A DNA stretch of 64,000 nt from an uncultured Gammaproteobacteria bacterium (GTDB taxonomy: Bacteria; Patescibacteriota; Microgenomatia; UBA10105; UBA927). Position numbers and translations under genes: made by a program. The DNA lies in assembly GCA_964609895.1 (NCBI GenBank), contig CAZSTG010000005.1, forward strand, positions 6,998 through 70,997. Reading direction: 5' to 3'. This document shows positions 52,570 to 60,755 of the stretch, one piece after another (position 1 is the stretch's first letter; every line of letters starts with the position of its first letter). Below the pieces are notes generated by a model. The model made no database searches and was not told the origin of the DNA. It was given only the letters and a program-made list of their open reading frames with translations.

Positions 52570-53328
52570 TTACTGTTTCCGGTAAATGCCTTTCCATGCA
52601 TTGATCCGGATATGCAGTATATCAAGAAGTCCTTCCCATGAATCCTTCAGAGGATTGACCCGCCGTGTTTCCACATAGTGCCACTCAACGGGAATTTCCC
52701 TGATTTTATATCCGAGTGTTTTTGCTAGAAACAACACTTCTATATCAAATCCGGCCGTCACCATGGCGCCCGTTACTGTTTTTTGTTTCCCGTACAAGGA
52801 TAAATGACGGAAAATATCCTGTGCGACTTCACGTTTAAATGCCTTAAAACCGCACTGTGTGTCGGAAATCCCCTTCAGTCCAAGAATCACCGTCCGAAGC
52901 AGCATAAATCCGCGTGCCATTATCCGACGCAACAATGGTGCTCCCTCTCTTTTGCTTTTCCGTGATCCGATGACTACATCAAATCCTTTTTCAAACCATG
53001 GAAGCAGTTTTTCAACCTCAGGAAGCGGCGTTGCCTGATCCAAATCACTGAAAAGCACCATCTTTCCCTTTGCTGCAAAAATGCCTGTCATCACTGTTGC
53101 AGCCTTGCCTTGATGCGGATTCCGGATAATCCTGACGCGGGAATGCTTACCGATACACTCCTCCGTAAGGTTTACCGTGTTATCCGACGAACCGTCATCC
53201 ACCACAATAAGTTCCCATGCGTATGTTCTTGCCTCAAGATACCGAAGCACTTTGTCAAAAGCGCCGAGGCGAATATTTGTTTCTTCGTTATATGCGGGGA
53301 TGACAACCGATAAAAAAGGTATTTCCAT
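52570..53328 (-). CDS. GT2 dolichyl/polyprenyl-phosphate glycosyl synthase-like (Alg5/DPG synthase family)
   Basis: SVVIPAYNEE, DDGSSD, H.GK, FSDLDQATP, IGSR, DTQCGFK, FDIEVL, EIPVEW. Confidence 0.92.
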   Translation of the reverse strand: MEIPFLSVVIPAYNEETNIRLGAFDKVLRYLEARTYAWELIVVDDGSSDNTVNLTEECIGKHSRVRIIRNPHQGKAATVMTGIFAAKGKMVLFSDLDQATPLPEVEKLLPWFEKGFDVVIGSRKSKREGAPLLRRIMARGFMLLRTVILGLKGISDTQCGFKAFKREVAQDIFRHLSLYGKQKTVTGAMVTAGFDIEVLFLAKTLGYKIREIPVEWHYVETRRVNPLKDSWEGLLDILHIRINAWKGIYRKQ

Positions 53329-53331
53329 ATA

Positions 53332-54873
53332 CTACTCTCTATAATGAACGAGTTTATATATTTTAACAACTGACACATCCCATACGCCAGCAATCTCCGC
53401 TCTCCCAAAGCCTGCGACTTCCCAAAGTGAATTCCCGAGGGGCTGACAGAAAATATCTTCGCACACAATCAAAAGCTGCTCCGTCACTGTATTCCGCTGG
53501 GGATCGTTTTCTGCATTTTCAATTACAACGGGCTTGTGATTCCATATCTCAAAAAAATACCGATATGCATGATCGGAATTGCCGGTTGTGATGAGCGCAA
53601 AATTAAATGGCTTGCCGTCTGTATGGCTGACGATTTCTTTTGCAATGTTTTCCACCTGTGACAACTGGTTATTTGGCGCAAACACAAACGGTCGCCCCTG
53701 CCAGTTGAAAGCAAGAAGTGCGGCAATACACAGGCCTCCTGCAATTTTCCCGATTCCTCGGATATGGAACACATCAACCAAAAAAAGCGCCGTCAGAAAA
53801 AACGGCAGCGGATACATGATGCCGAAGTAATAATCATATATGTTTTTCTTATATACCCCAAAGAAAAATAGCGGAACGATAAGCCATGCAAGCATCATGA
53901 AAAATGTATGCATATCTTTTTCGCTCTTGTTTTTTCTCGATCTGATATAGTGAGTCAGAAGCGCACATAACCCGCCGAGTGCAAGCAACACTTCTCCTAA
54001 AATCCACATGTTTTTCATGGGTTGTTTAATTCCTCCCAATGTTCCCGCTTCAGGAATGCGGAGAAGAAATCTCCCAAACAGACGCAAGAACACATCCTGC
54101 ATGTTTCCCATAAAATGTGACAGGACAAACCCCGTGTCCTTACCGGCGAAAATAAACTCAAGAATGGCGCGCGTGTTTAAAAATCCGTGACGTACCTCAA
54201 ACGCCAAAAAAGGCGAAAATCCGACGACGACACCGAGCATGCCCAAAAGAATATCGCGAATCTTCACACGTTGTATGGAAAAAAGAACAATAACCACCTC
54301 GGCAACGATAAGAAACAGATACGTGTAATGCAGCTGTATCCCGATGCCTGCACACAGACCGACCCAAAACAGCAATGAGAAGTTTCGCTTCTCCCGTGCT
54401 AACCAGAGAAGATACAAAGAAAGCAAGGCAAAAAACGGTACGATGTTCGGATTCCACGAGGATCTAGAAAAGGAAATGACAATAGGCGACACTGCATACA
54501 GCGCGGCAGCTAGAAGTCCAACAGGTTTGGAAAACCATTTGGTTCCAACAAGATATGTCAAACAGACTGTCGCAATCCCAAACAAGGCAACCATGACTGC
54601 AGGACCCACGGGATTTAGTTTCCATGCCCACAGAAACGGTGCCATGAAATAATAATACACAGGTCCCATAAAAAATCCGCCGACAGATGCGGTCGGACCA
54701 AGCAGGGTAAATTTTCCGTCAACGATCATCCGTTTGACCACCAGTACGTCACGACCTTCATCGCCGAGAAACGTCATGTATTCATTGATTTTATACAGCC
54801 GAAGATACGCAGCTACAGCAAGAATAACAAGAAGCGGAATCCACTGAATAGCACGCCTGACAACATGTTTCAT
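53332..54873 (-). CDS. ArnT/PMT-family GT-C glycosyltransferase (paralog of 28005-29477)
   Basis: LRLYK....TFLGDEGRD, GPT, GP.YYY..AP, SR.SWNPN, QLHY, YDYY. Confidence 0.85.
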   Translation of the reverse strand: MKHVVRRAIQWIPLLVILAVAAYLRLYKINEYMTFLGDEGRDVLVVKRMIVDGKFTLLGPTASVGGFFMGPVYYYFMAPFLWAWKLNPVGPAVMVALFGIATVCLTYLVGTKWFSKPVGLLAAALYAVSPIVISFSRSSWNPNIVPFFALLSLYLLWLAREKRNFSLLFWVGLCAGIGIQLHYTYLFLIVAEVVIVLFSIQRVKIRDILLGMLGVVVGFSPFLAFEVRHGFLNTRAILEFIFAGKDTGFVLSHFMGNMQDVFLRLFGRFLLRIPEAGTLGGIKQPMKNMWILGEVLLALGGLCALLTHYIRSRKNKSEKDMHTFFMMLAWLIVPLFFFGVYKKNIYDYYFGIMYPLPFFLTALFLVDVFHIRGIGKIAGGLCIAALLAFNWQGRPFVFAPNNQLSQVENIAKEIVSHTDGKPFNFALITTGNSDHAYRYFFEIWNHKPVVIENAENDPQRNTVTEQLLIVCEDIFCQPLGNSLWEVAGFGRAEIAGVWDVSVVKIYKLVHYRE

Positions 54874-54879
54874 AAATAA

Positions 54880-56004
54880 TTACGTCCGTTTTTTCCAGAT
54901 AACGCGGGAATACATACCGTAATTCCACAGCATCAATAGCGATGTACCGATTAAAAAGTATAGGAAATATAATGATTCTCCGAACAGACGTGTTCCCAAT
55001 TCTATTGTTCCCGTCTGAATGAAAATTACCCCGAACAGTGATGTTCCGTAAAACTGCACCAACTTCAACACATACGATTGAACCGATGTGATTTTCTGTT
55101 CCTTGAACGTCCACACGTTGTTAAGGTTAAAATTAGAAAATATTGCGGCCGCCGCGCCAATAAGGTTGGCAATTGATGCTGTCAGTCCGACCCATTCACG
55201 AAATATGACAAGAAGAACGGCATTCAGAATAAATCCGATGCCTCCGACAACCAGAAATTTTCCAAATGCTCCGTATCGGATGTCATGAACAAGTGACGAT
55301 GCCACATACAATAATACGTTTTTTATATATTCCCCCGGTGCAATTTTGGAATGTCCGTATTTCCTGTCTGTAAAATGAATCGGCACTTCTACAATCTTGG
55401 CGCCGTGGGCAATTGCCTTATGCAAAAATGCTATCTGGAATACATACCCGCTGTATGCTTTCATTTCACCGGCAAATTGCTCATAATATTTTTTCCTGTA
55501 TGCACGAAATCCGCCTGTCCAATCGTGTGTTTTGGGAAACCGTAACCCGAATCTGACAATCGCATTGCCGACAATGCTGAAAATTTTCCGGTGCAGTCCC
55601 CAGTTTTCCGGTATTGATCCGTTTTTGATATACCGGCTTCCCACAACAAAATCCGCCCCGTCATCGATGGCCTGCATAAACAAGGGGATTCGCGTAGGAT
55701 CATGGGATAAATCACAATCCATTTGTATAATAATCTCTGCCTGCAGATGCTCCACTGCATACGCCATTCCGCGAAGTAGTGCCCTTCCTAATCCTTCCTT
55801 TTTTCCTGTGATGATATGCGTATCTTTATGTGTTTTCATGTACGCATGCACAACGTCTCCGGTACCATCAGGAGACAAGTCGTCCACGACCAGAAACGCC
55901 ATCACATGATTCTTTATCCTGCCGGCCTGCTCATGAAGTGCGTCAAGCAGCGTGATAATATTTTCACGTTCATTGTACGTTGGGAGGATAATGACCGTCT
56001 TCAT
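54880..56004 (-). CDS. DPM1-like polyprenyl-phosphate sugar synthase fused to a GtrA-like flippase domain
   Basis: PTYNERENI, DD.SPDGT, K.GLG.A, MDCDLSH.P, GSRY, D.TGGFR, F.DR..G.SK. The C-terminal part (KFLVVG..G..., NF.LN..WTF, WNY) is a 4-TM GtrA domain. Confidence 0.9.
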   Translation of the reverse strand: MKTVIILPTYNERENIITLLDALHEQAGRIKNHVMAFLVVDDLSPDGTGDVVHAYMKTHKDTHIITGKKEGLGRALLRGMAYAVEHLQAEIIIQMDCDLSHDPTRIPLFMQAIDDGADFVVGSRYIKNGSIPENWGLHRKIFSIVGNAIVRFGLRFPKTHDWTGGFRAYRKKYYEQFAGEMKAYSGYVFQIAFLHKAIAHGAKIVEVPIHFTDRKYGHSKIAPGEYIKNVLLYVASSLVHDIRYGAFGKFLVVGGIGFILNAVLLVIFREWVGLTASIANLIGAAAAIFSNFNLNNVWTFKEQKITSVQSYVLKLVQFYGTSLFGVIFIQTGTIELGTRLFGESLYFLYFLIGTSLLMLWNYGMYSRVIWKKRT

Positions 56005-56029
56005 ACAGTTTTCCGGTCCGTTTGACAGG

Positions 56030-56989
56030 TTAGACCCGTTCTCGCCAATAGTTGAGAAGGTCTTCCATTGTTTTTTCAAATGGGATTTCCGGCTTCCATC
56101 CTGTTTTTGCCACAAATTTACTATTGTCGCCAATAAGAACCGGAACTTCAGACGGACGCATACGTGCTGGATCCTGTCTGATCTCCACTTTCACTTTACT
56201 CATGCCGATAAGCATATTGAGCATGTCTTTGATCACGACTGCGTTCCCTGTACAGATATTATATACGTCTCCCGCATCGCATTTTTCAACTGCAAGCAGG
56301 TATCCTCGCACCATATCACGGACATCCGTCCAGTCCCGTTGCGCTTCAAGATTACCGACATGGATCACCGGTTCCAGTTTGCCTTTTTCTATCATCGCAA
56401 TCTGTTTTGCAAAATTGGATGTTACAAATGTCTCACCGCGTCTCGGACCGGTGTGATTGAATCCTCTTGTTCGGATAATGTTCATGCCATAGGAGCAAAA
56501 ATATTGATATCCGAGATAGTCCATGGCAACTTTTGAAACGCCGTATGGGCTCTGTGGCCGAAGCGGATTTGTCTCCTTAATCGGCACTTCATCCGGATGA
56601 ACCAACCCATATTCTTCACTTGAACATGCAATCTGGATGGCAGGATTGATTTTCGCCTGACGAACCGCTTCAAAAAGGTTTGCTGATCCGATAATGTTGA
56701 CTTCCAGTGTTACAGACGGTGATACCCATGATGTTGGAACGAAGGACTGGGCTGCAAGATGAAAAATATAATCAGGACGAATCCTTGAAATGGTTCCGTA
56801 TAAACTATGGGAATCTAAAATATCAGCATCTTCCAAATGGAGTTGTGGTTTAATGCCTTCAATAAGATCCATGCGGGATCGAGGCCTGCTTAATCCATAG
56901 ACTTCAAAACCTTTGGAAAGCAAAAGTTCCGCCATGTGGCTTCCTACGAAACCACCGATTCCTGTTATAAGTGCTTTTTTAGCTGCCAT
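56030..56989 (-). CDS. GDP-mannose 4,6-dehydratase / GDP-4-keto-6-deoxymannose reductase (GMD/RMD)-family SDR
   Basis: GIGGFVG, HLAAQSFV..SW, SSEEYG, SPYGVSK, FNHTGPRRGETFV, GNL...RD..DVRD, RP.EV..L.GD.SK. Confidence 0.85.
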   Translation of the reverse strand: MAAKKALITGIGGFVGSHMAELLLSKGFEVYGLSRPRSRMDLIEGIKPQLHLEDADILDSHSLYGTISRIRPDYIFHLAAQSFVPTSWVSPSVTLEVNIIGSANLFEAVRQAKINPAIQIACSSEEYGLVHPDEVPIKETNPLRPQSPYGVSKVAMDYLGYQYFCSYGMNIIRTRGFNHTGPRRGETFVTSNFAKQIAMIEKGKLEPVIHVGNLEAQRDWTDVRDMVRGYLLAVEKCDAGDVYNICTGNAVVIKDMLNMLIGMSKVKVEIRQDPARMRPSEVPVLIGDNSKFVAKTGWKPEIPFEKTMEDLLNYWRERV

Positions 56990-56998
56990 ACAGATGTT

Positions 56999-57032
56999 CC
57001 TCCTTACCTTTCTAGAATGTAGGTATATTATA
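56999..57032 (-). promoter_or_regulatory. Putative promoter -10 (ggTATAAT) and strong Shine-Dalgarno (AAGGAGG) for the GMD/RMD gene
   Basis: TATAAT at 57027-57032 and AAGGAGG at 56999-57005, 9 nt upstream of the ATG. Confidence 0.6.
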
Positions 57033-57055
57033 CCGTAAACTTTTATAAAACGATA

Positions 57056-58354
57056 TTACATTCTGCCAACGCCGAAATATCTATACCCCAGATCTTTCAT
57101 TGTCTGCGGATCATACATGTTTCTTCCGTCAAACAACACTCTGTCTTTTAAACCTTTTGCAAGTCGAACCATATCAAGCTGTTTAAATTCATTCCATTCA
57201 GTTACGACAACAACTGCATCAGCACCATTTGCCGCTTCATATGCCGACGTTGCGTACGTTACACCATCAGGCAACACCTTCTTTGCATTCTCCATAGCAA
57301 CTGGATCATAGGCTTTGACTATGGCACCGTCTTTTATAAGCGCTGAAATAATAGTAATGGATGGAGCAAACCGCATATCATCCGTATCCGGTTTGAACGA
57401 TAGCCCCAACACACCAATTGTTTTTCCTTTCACATGGTCATTAAAGTGCTTCTTGATCTTGTCAATAAAATGCACCCGAGCTTCATCATTAATCTCATCT
57501 GTTGCCTTCAGCAATGTAAAGTCGTACTCATAGTTTCTTGCAATGGCTATGAGTGCTTTGACATCTTTTGGAAAACAGCTCCCCCCGTAACCAACACCGG
57601 GATATAAAAAGTTTCGTCCGATTCGGCTGTCAAGTCCAACGCCTTCGAGCACCTTTTCAACATCCGCCCCGACTTTTTCCGATAAAAATGCCATTGCGTT
57701 TGCAAATGAAATTTTCACAGATAACATGGAGTTGGCTGCATATTTGATAAGCTCTGCTGTTTCCACATTACATAACACAAGTTTGGTATCAATGGGTTTG
57801 TGGAGATCAATCATCATTTTCTGCGCTCTGTCGGATGTTGTTCCAATAACTACCCGTTGCGGATGTTGGGTATCACCAACCGCCTGTCCTTGACGCAAAA
57901 ATTCCGGACAGGAGCAAATGGCAAAGGAAGAACCTGCGGGTTTGACCTCGTCAAGTATCTCGCCAACCTTTTTGTTTGTTCCAGGCGGCACCGTGCTCTT
58001 CACAGACACAACCTTATATCCTGTCAGGTTCTTACCAATTTCCCGAGCCGCATTAAATACTTCAGTAAGATCGGCATCTCCTGTTGGTTTTGGCGGTGTA
58101 CCAACTGCTATGAAAATAATTTCTGACGGCACAACAGCTTCTTTATATTCAAGGGTAAAAATAAGCCGTCCCGCATTAACGTTTCTCTTTACAATCTCTG
58201 AAAGTCCCGGTTCATAGAATGTTGCTATACCCTGTTTCAGTTTTTCAATTTTTTCCTTATTCCGTCCGACAACCCATACTGTATTACCGAGATCGGCAAA
58301 TATTGCCGCCGTCACCAACCCGACATATCCGTGACCGATAAACGCAACTGTCAT
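57056..58354 (-). CDS. ugd: UDP-glucose/GDP-mannose 6-dehydrogenase family protein
   Basis: G.GYVGL, YEPGL, AVGTP, KSTVPPG, PEFLR, KYAAN, GYGGSCFPKD (catalytic Cys), FKP.TDDMR, DGRN. SD AGGAGG upstream. Confidence 0.92.
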   Translation of the reverse strand: MTVAFIGHGYVGLVTAAIFADLGNTVWVVGRNKEKIEKLKQGIATFYEPGLSEIVKRNVNAGRLIFTLEYKEAVVPSEIIFIAVGTPPKPTGDADLTEVFNAAREIGKNLTGYKVVSVKSTVPPGTNKKVGEILDEVKPAGSSFAICSCPEFLRQGQAVGDTQHPQRVVIGTTSDRAQKMMIDLHKPIDTKLVLCNVETAELIKYAANSMLSVKISFANAMAFLSEKVGADVEKVLEGVGLDSRIGRNFLYPGVGYGGSCFPKDVKALIAIARNYEYDFTLLKATDEINDEARVHFIDKIKKHFNDHVKGKTIGVLGLSFKPDTDDMRFAPSITIISALIKDGAIVKAYDPVAMENAKKVLPDGVTYATSAYEAANGADAVVVVTEWNEFKQLDMVRLAKGLKDRVLFDGRNMYDPQTMKDLGYRYFGVGRM

Positions 58355-58375
58355 AATACATTCCTCCTAAAAAAT

Positions 58376-59260
58376 TTATACTGCTTCCTGCTTTTTTACT
58401 TCCTCAAGTCCCTCTTGTACCGTATGAAGATGTACGCCTAATGCGTCAATCCTGTCATGCCGGAGCGCCGCTTTTTTCGGAATTGCCGCCCTTCCTTTAA
58501 AAAACTCCGCATATGTCGTTTTTCCGACCAGCTGCACATCAAGACCGAACGTACGTGCGATAAGCACCATCATGTCATAAGGAGCAATCGGCTGTTCACT
58601 CGGTACATGAAAAATACCGCTCCCATTCTCTCGGACAATTGCGTCGACTGCAACTGCCAAATCGTCGATAAATGTGCATGTGAAAATCTGATCGGTCGGA
58701 GCGGCGACAGAAAGATTATCAGCCAGCCTGTTTCTTATCCGATGGACAAAATCCAACTTTGTTTTTTCGTTCATCCCTTTCGGATAGGCACGATACGGAT
58801 TTCCGATGCGGACGATCACACCCATCGCGCCCAGCTCCTTTACAGCCTCTTCTCCGTGAAATTTTGTCTCCGTATAAAAACTTAAAGGATTCGGTGTATC
58901 GTTTTCATTATATGCATCCTTCGTTCCGTCAAACACATAATCGGTTGATATATACAGCAGATGTTTTCCGAATTTCCTACACAGCGAAACGATTGATTTT
59001 GTTGCATCAACATTCACTTTCCATGCAACACTGTGTTCCCGCAAGTCTTTTTCTTTTTCAGCACCCTGTACATCTGTATATGCTGCAAAATGAAATACCC
59101 ATGGCGCATCAGATGCTGCAAACCGTTTCTCAAGTGCCGCGGCGTCCGTAATGTCAATGCCTGTCTCAAGACTCAAATTCTCAAAAGCATATGCCGACGA
59201 TAAAAGATCGACAACTCTTGATCCGACCATGCCGGTCAGTCCGGTTCCTAGAATATTCAT
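58376..59260 (-). CDS. rmlD: dTDP-4-dehydrorhamnose reductase
   Basis: G.TGMVG, H.AAYTDV..AE, VN, ISTDYVFDG, P.P...Y..TK..GE, DQ. Confidence 0.88.
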   Translation of the reverse strand: MNILGTGLTGMVGSRVVDLLSSAYAFENLSLETGIDITDAAALEKRFAASDAPWVFHFAAYTDVQGAEKEKDLREHSVAWKVNVDATKSIVSLCRKFGKHLLYISTDYVFDGTKDAYNENDTPNPLSFYTETKFHGEEAVKELGAMGVIVRIGNPYRAYPKGMNEKTKLDFVHRIRNRLADNLSVAAPTDQIFTCTFIDDLAVAVDAIVRENGSGIFHVPSEQPIAPYDMMVLIARTFGLDVQLVGKTTYAEFFKGRAAIPKKAALRHDRIDALGVHLHTVQEGLEEVKKQEAV

Positions 59261-60276
59261 TGCCGCTGCTCCCCATATTGTTTCTCATAATATGACTGGT
59301 ATGCACCGGTTTTTATATTTTTCCACCATTCTGTATGTTCCTGATACCAGACGACGGTTTTTTCCAGCCATGCATCAAATCCGTATTGCGGTTTCCATCC
59401 CAGTTCTTTGTTTATTTTTGTCCAGTCAATCGCATATCGTCTGTCGTGTCCGAGTCTGTCTTTGACAAACTCAATCAGCGATTCGTCGCGACCCATAATT
59501 TTCAATATCTTTTTTACTACATCAAGATTAGAAATATCTTCCGTCACGCCGCCGACACAATACGTTTCTCCGATCTTCCCACGGTTCAATACCGCATCAA
59601 TTGCCCGACAGTGATCCTCAACATACAGCCAGTCCCTGACGTTTAATCCGTCACCGTACACAGGAATAGTTTTTCCTTCCAGAATATTGGTAATTGTCAG
59701 TGGAATGAATTTCTCAGGAAATTGCAGCGGTCCATAGTTATTGGAACAATTGGTGATCGTGACGGGCAATCCGTATGTGTCATGATATGCCCGAACAATA
59801 TGGTCGGAACCTGCTTTGCTTGCCGAGTAGGGGCTATGCGGATCGTATTTCGTCAATTCATCAAATTTATTGGAACTACCCAAATCCAACGATCCGAAGA
59901 CCTCATCCGTTGAGACATGATGAAAACGTTTCACAGACAACTGTACCGCTGCTTCCAACAACACCTGTGTTCCCAGCACGTTTGTTTTCACAAAAGGGGA
60001 TGCATCAAGAATGGAGCGATCCACATGACTTTCCGCAGCAAAATGCACCACTGTATCACATCCTGTCATCGCAGCTGTTACTTCAGGAGCAATACAGATG
60101 TCGCCTTTGATAAACTGATACCGGTTGCTTTGTTCTATGCTTTTCAGGTTTTCCAGATTCCCCGCATAGGTGAGTGCATCAAAATTCACCACTGTATCAT
60201 CAGGATGCTCGCGCAACCAATAAAGGATGAAGTTTGATCCAATAAATCCTGCACCGCCTGTAACAAATAGCTTCAT
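59257..60276 (-). CDS. rmlB: dTDP-glucose 4,6-dehydratase
   Basis: TGGAGFIGSN, LTYAGN, HFAAESHVDRSI, STDEV.G, SPYSASK, NNYGP.QFPEK, DR.GHDRRY. Confidence 0.96.
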   Translation of the reverse strand: MKLFVTGGAGFIGSNFILYWLREHPDDTVVNFDALTYAGNLENLKSIEQSNRYQFIKGDICIAPEVTAAMTGCDTVVHFAAESHVDRSILDASPFVKTNVLGTQVLLEAAVQLSVKRFHHVSTDEVFGSLDLGSSNKFDELTKYDPHSPYSASKAGSDHIVRAYHDTYGLPVTITNCSNNYGPLQFPEKFIPLTITNILEGKTIPVYGDGLNVRDWLYVEDHCRAIDAVLNRGKIGETYCVGGVTEDISNLDVVKKILKIMGRDESLIEFVKDRLGHDRRYAIDWTKINKELGWKPQYGFDAWLEKTVVWYQEHTEWWKNIKTGAYQSYYEKQYGEQRQ

Positions 60277-60281
60277 ATGTT

Positions 60282-60755
60282 TTATGTTATTTTTGTATTG
60301 GTGATCGGTTTTCCCTGCACCCAATCATACCCAATCGTCTTGTCGTCATATTGAATCCGTCCTTCTTCTTTCGGATCGTATGTTTTACTTGTGGCATAAA
60401 CAAAATCACATGGACCTTCAAGAACCTTCATGCCGTGCGCGACACCTGCAGGAATTTTCAACACAATATTATCCGGTTCTTCCCCCAGTATATATTCCAT
60501 TGTTTCCCCTTTTGTCAAAGACCCCTCGCGGGTATCATAGAGTGCTGCTTTGATCTTACCTTTTACACAAAACCACCAGTCAATCTGTGTGGTGTGGACG
60601 TGCCACGCCTTGACCACGCCTTCCACCATAAATGAATGGGAAAGTTGTCCGAATCCTTCGGAAAAAAATTCATCCGTATTTCTGATAATTTCTTCAAAAT
60701 ATCCCCGTTCGTCAGGATGTCGTACCAATTTCTTAATCATCACACCGTCAATCAT
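60282..60755 (-). CDS. rmlC: dTDP-4-dehydrorhamnose 3,5-epimerase (short cupin type)
   Basis: DERGYF.E, KAWH.H, D.R..S.T, IP.GVAHG, Y.P..E. Lies between rmlA and rmlB. Confidence 0.85.
   Translation of the reverse strand: MIDGVMIKKLVRHPDERGYFEEIIRNTDEFFSEGFGQLSHSFMVEGVVKAWHVHTTQIDWWFCVKGKIKAALYDTREGSLTKGETMEYILGEEPDNIVLKIPAGVAHGMKVLEGPCDFVYATSKTYDPKEEGRIQYDDKTIGYDWVQGKPITNTKIT

Noticed and set aside
21738-54895. C-terminal KKxx-like tails (WKKRA, WKKRT, KKKKK) resembling ER-retrieval signals
   Set aside because: Explained by the positive-inside rule after a final TM helix and by A-rich codon usage. Gene organisation is clearly prokaryotic.
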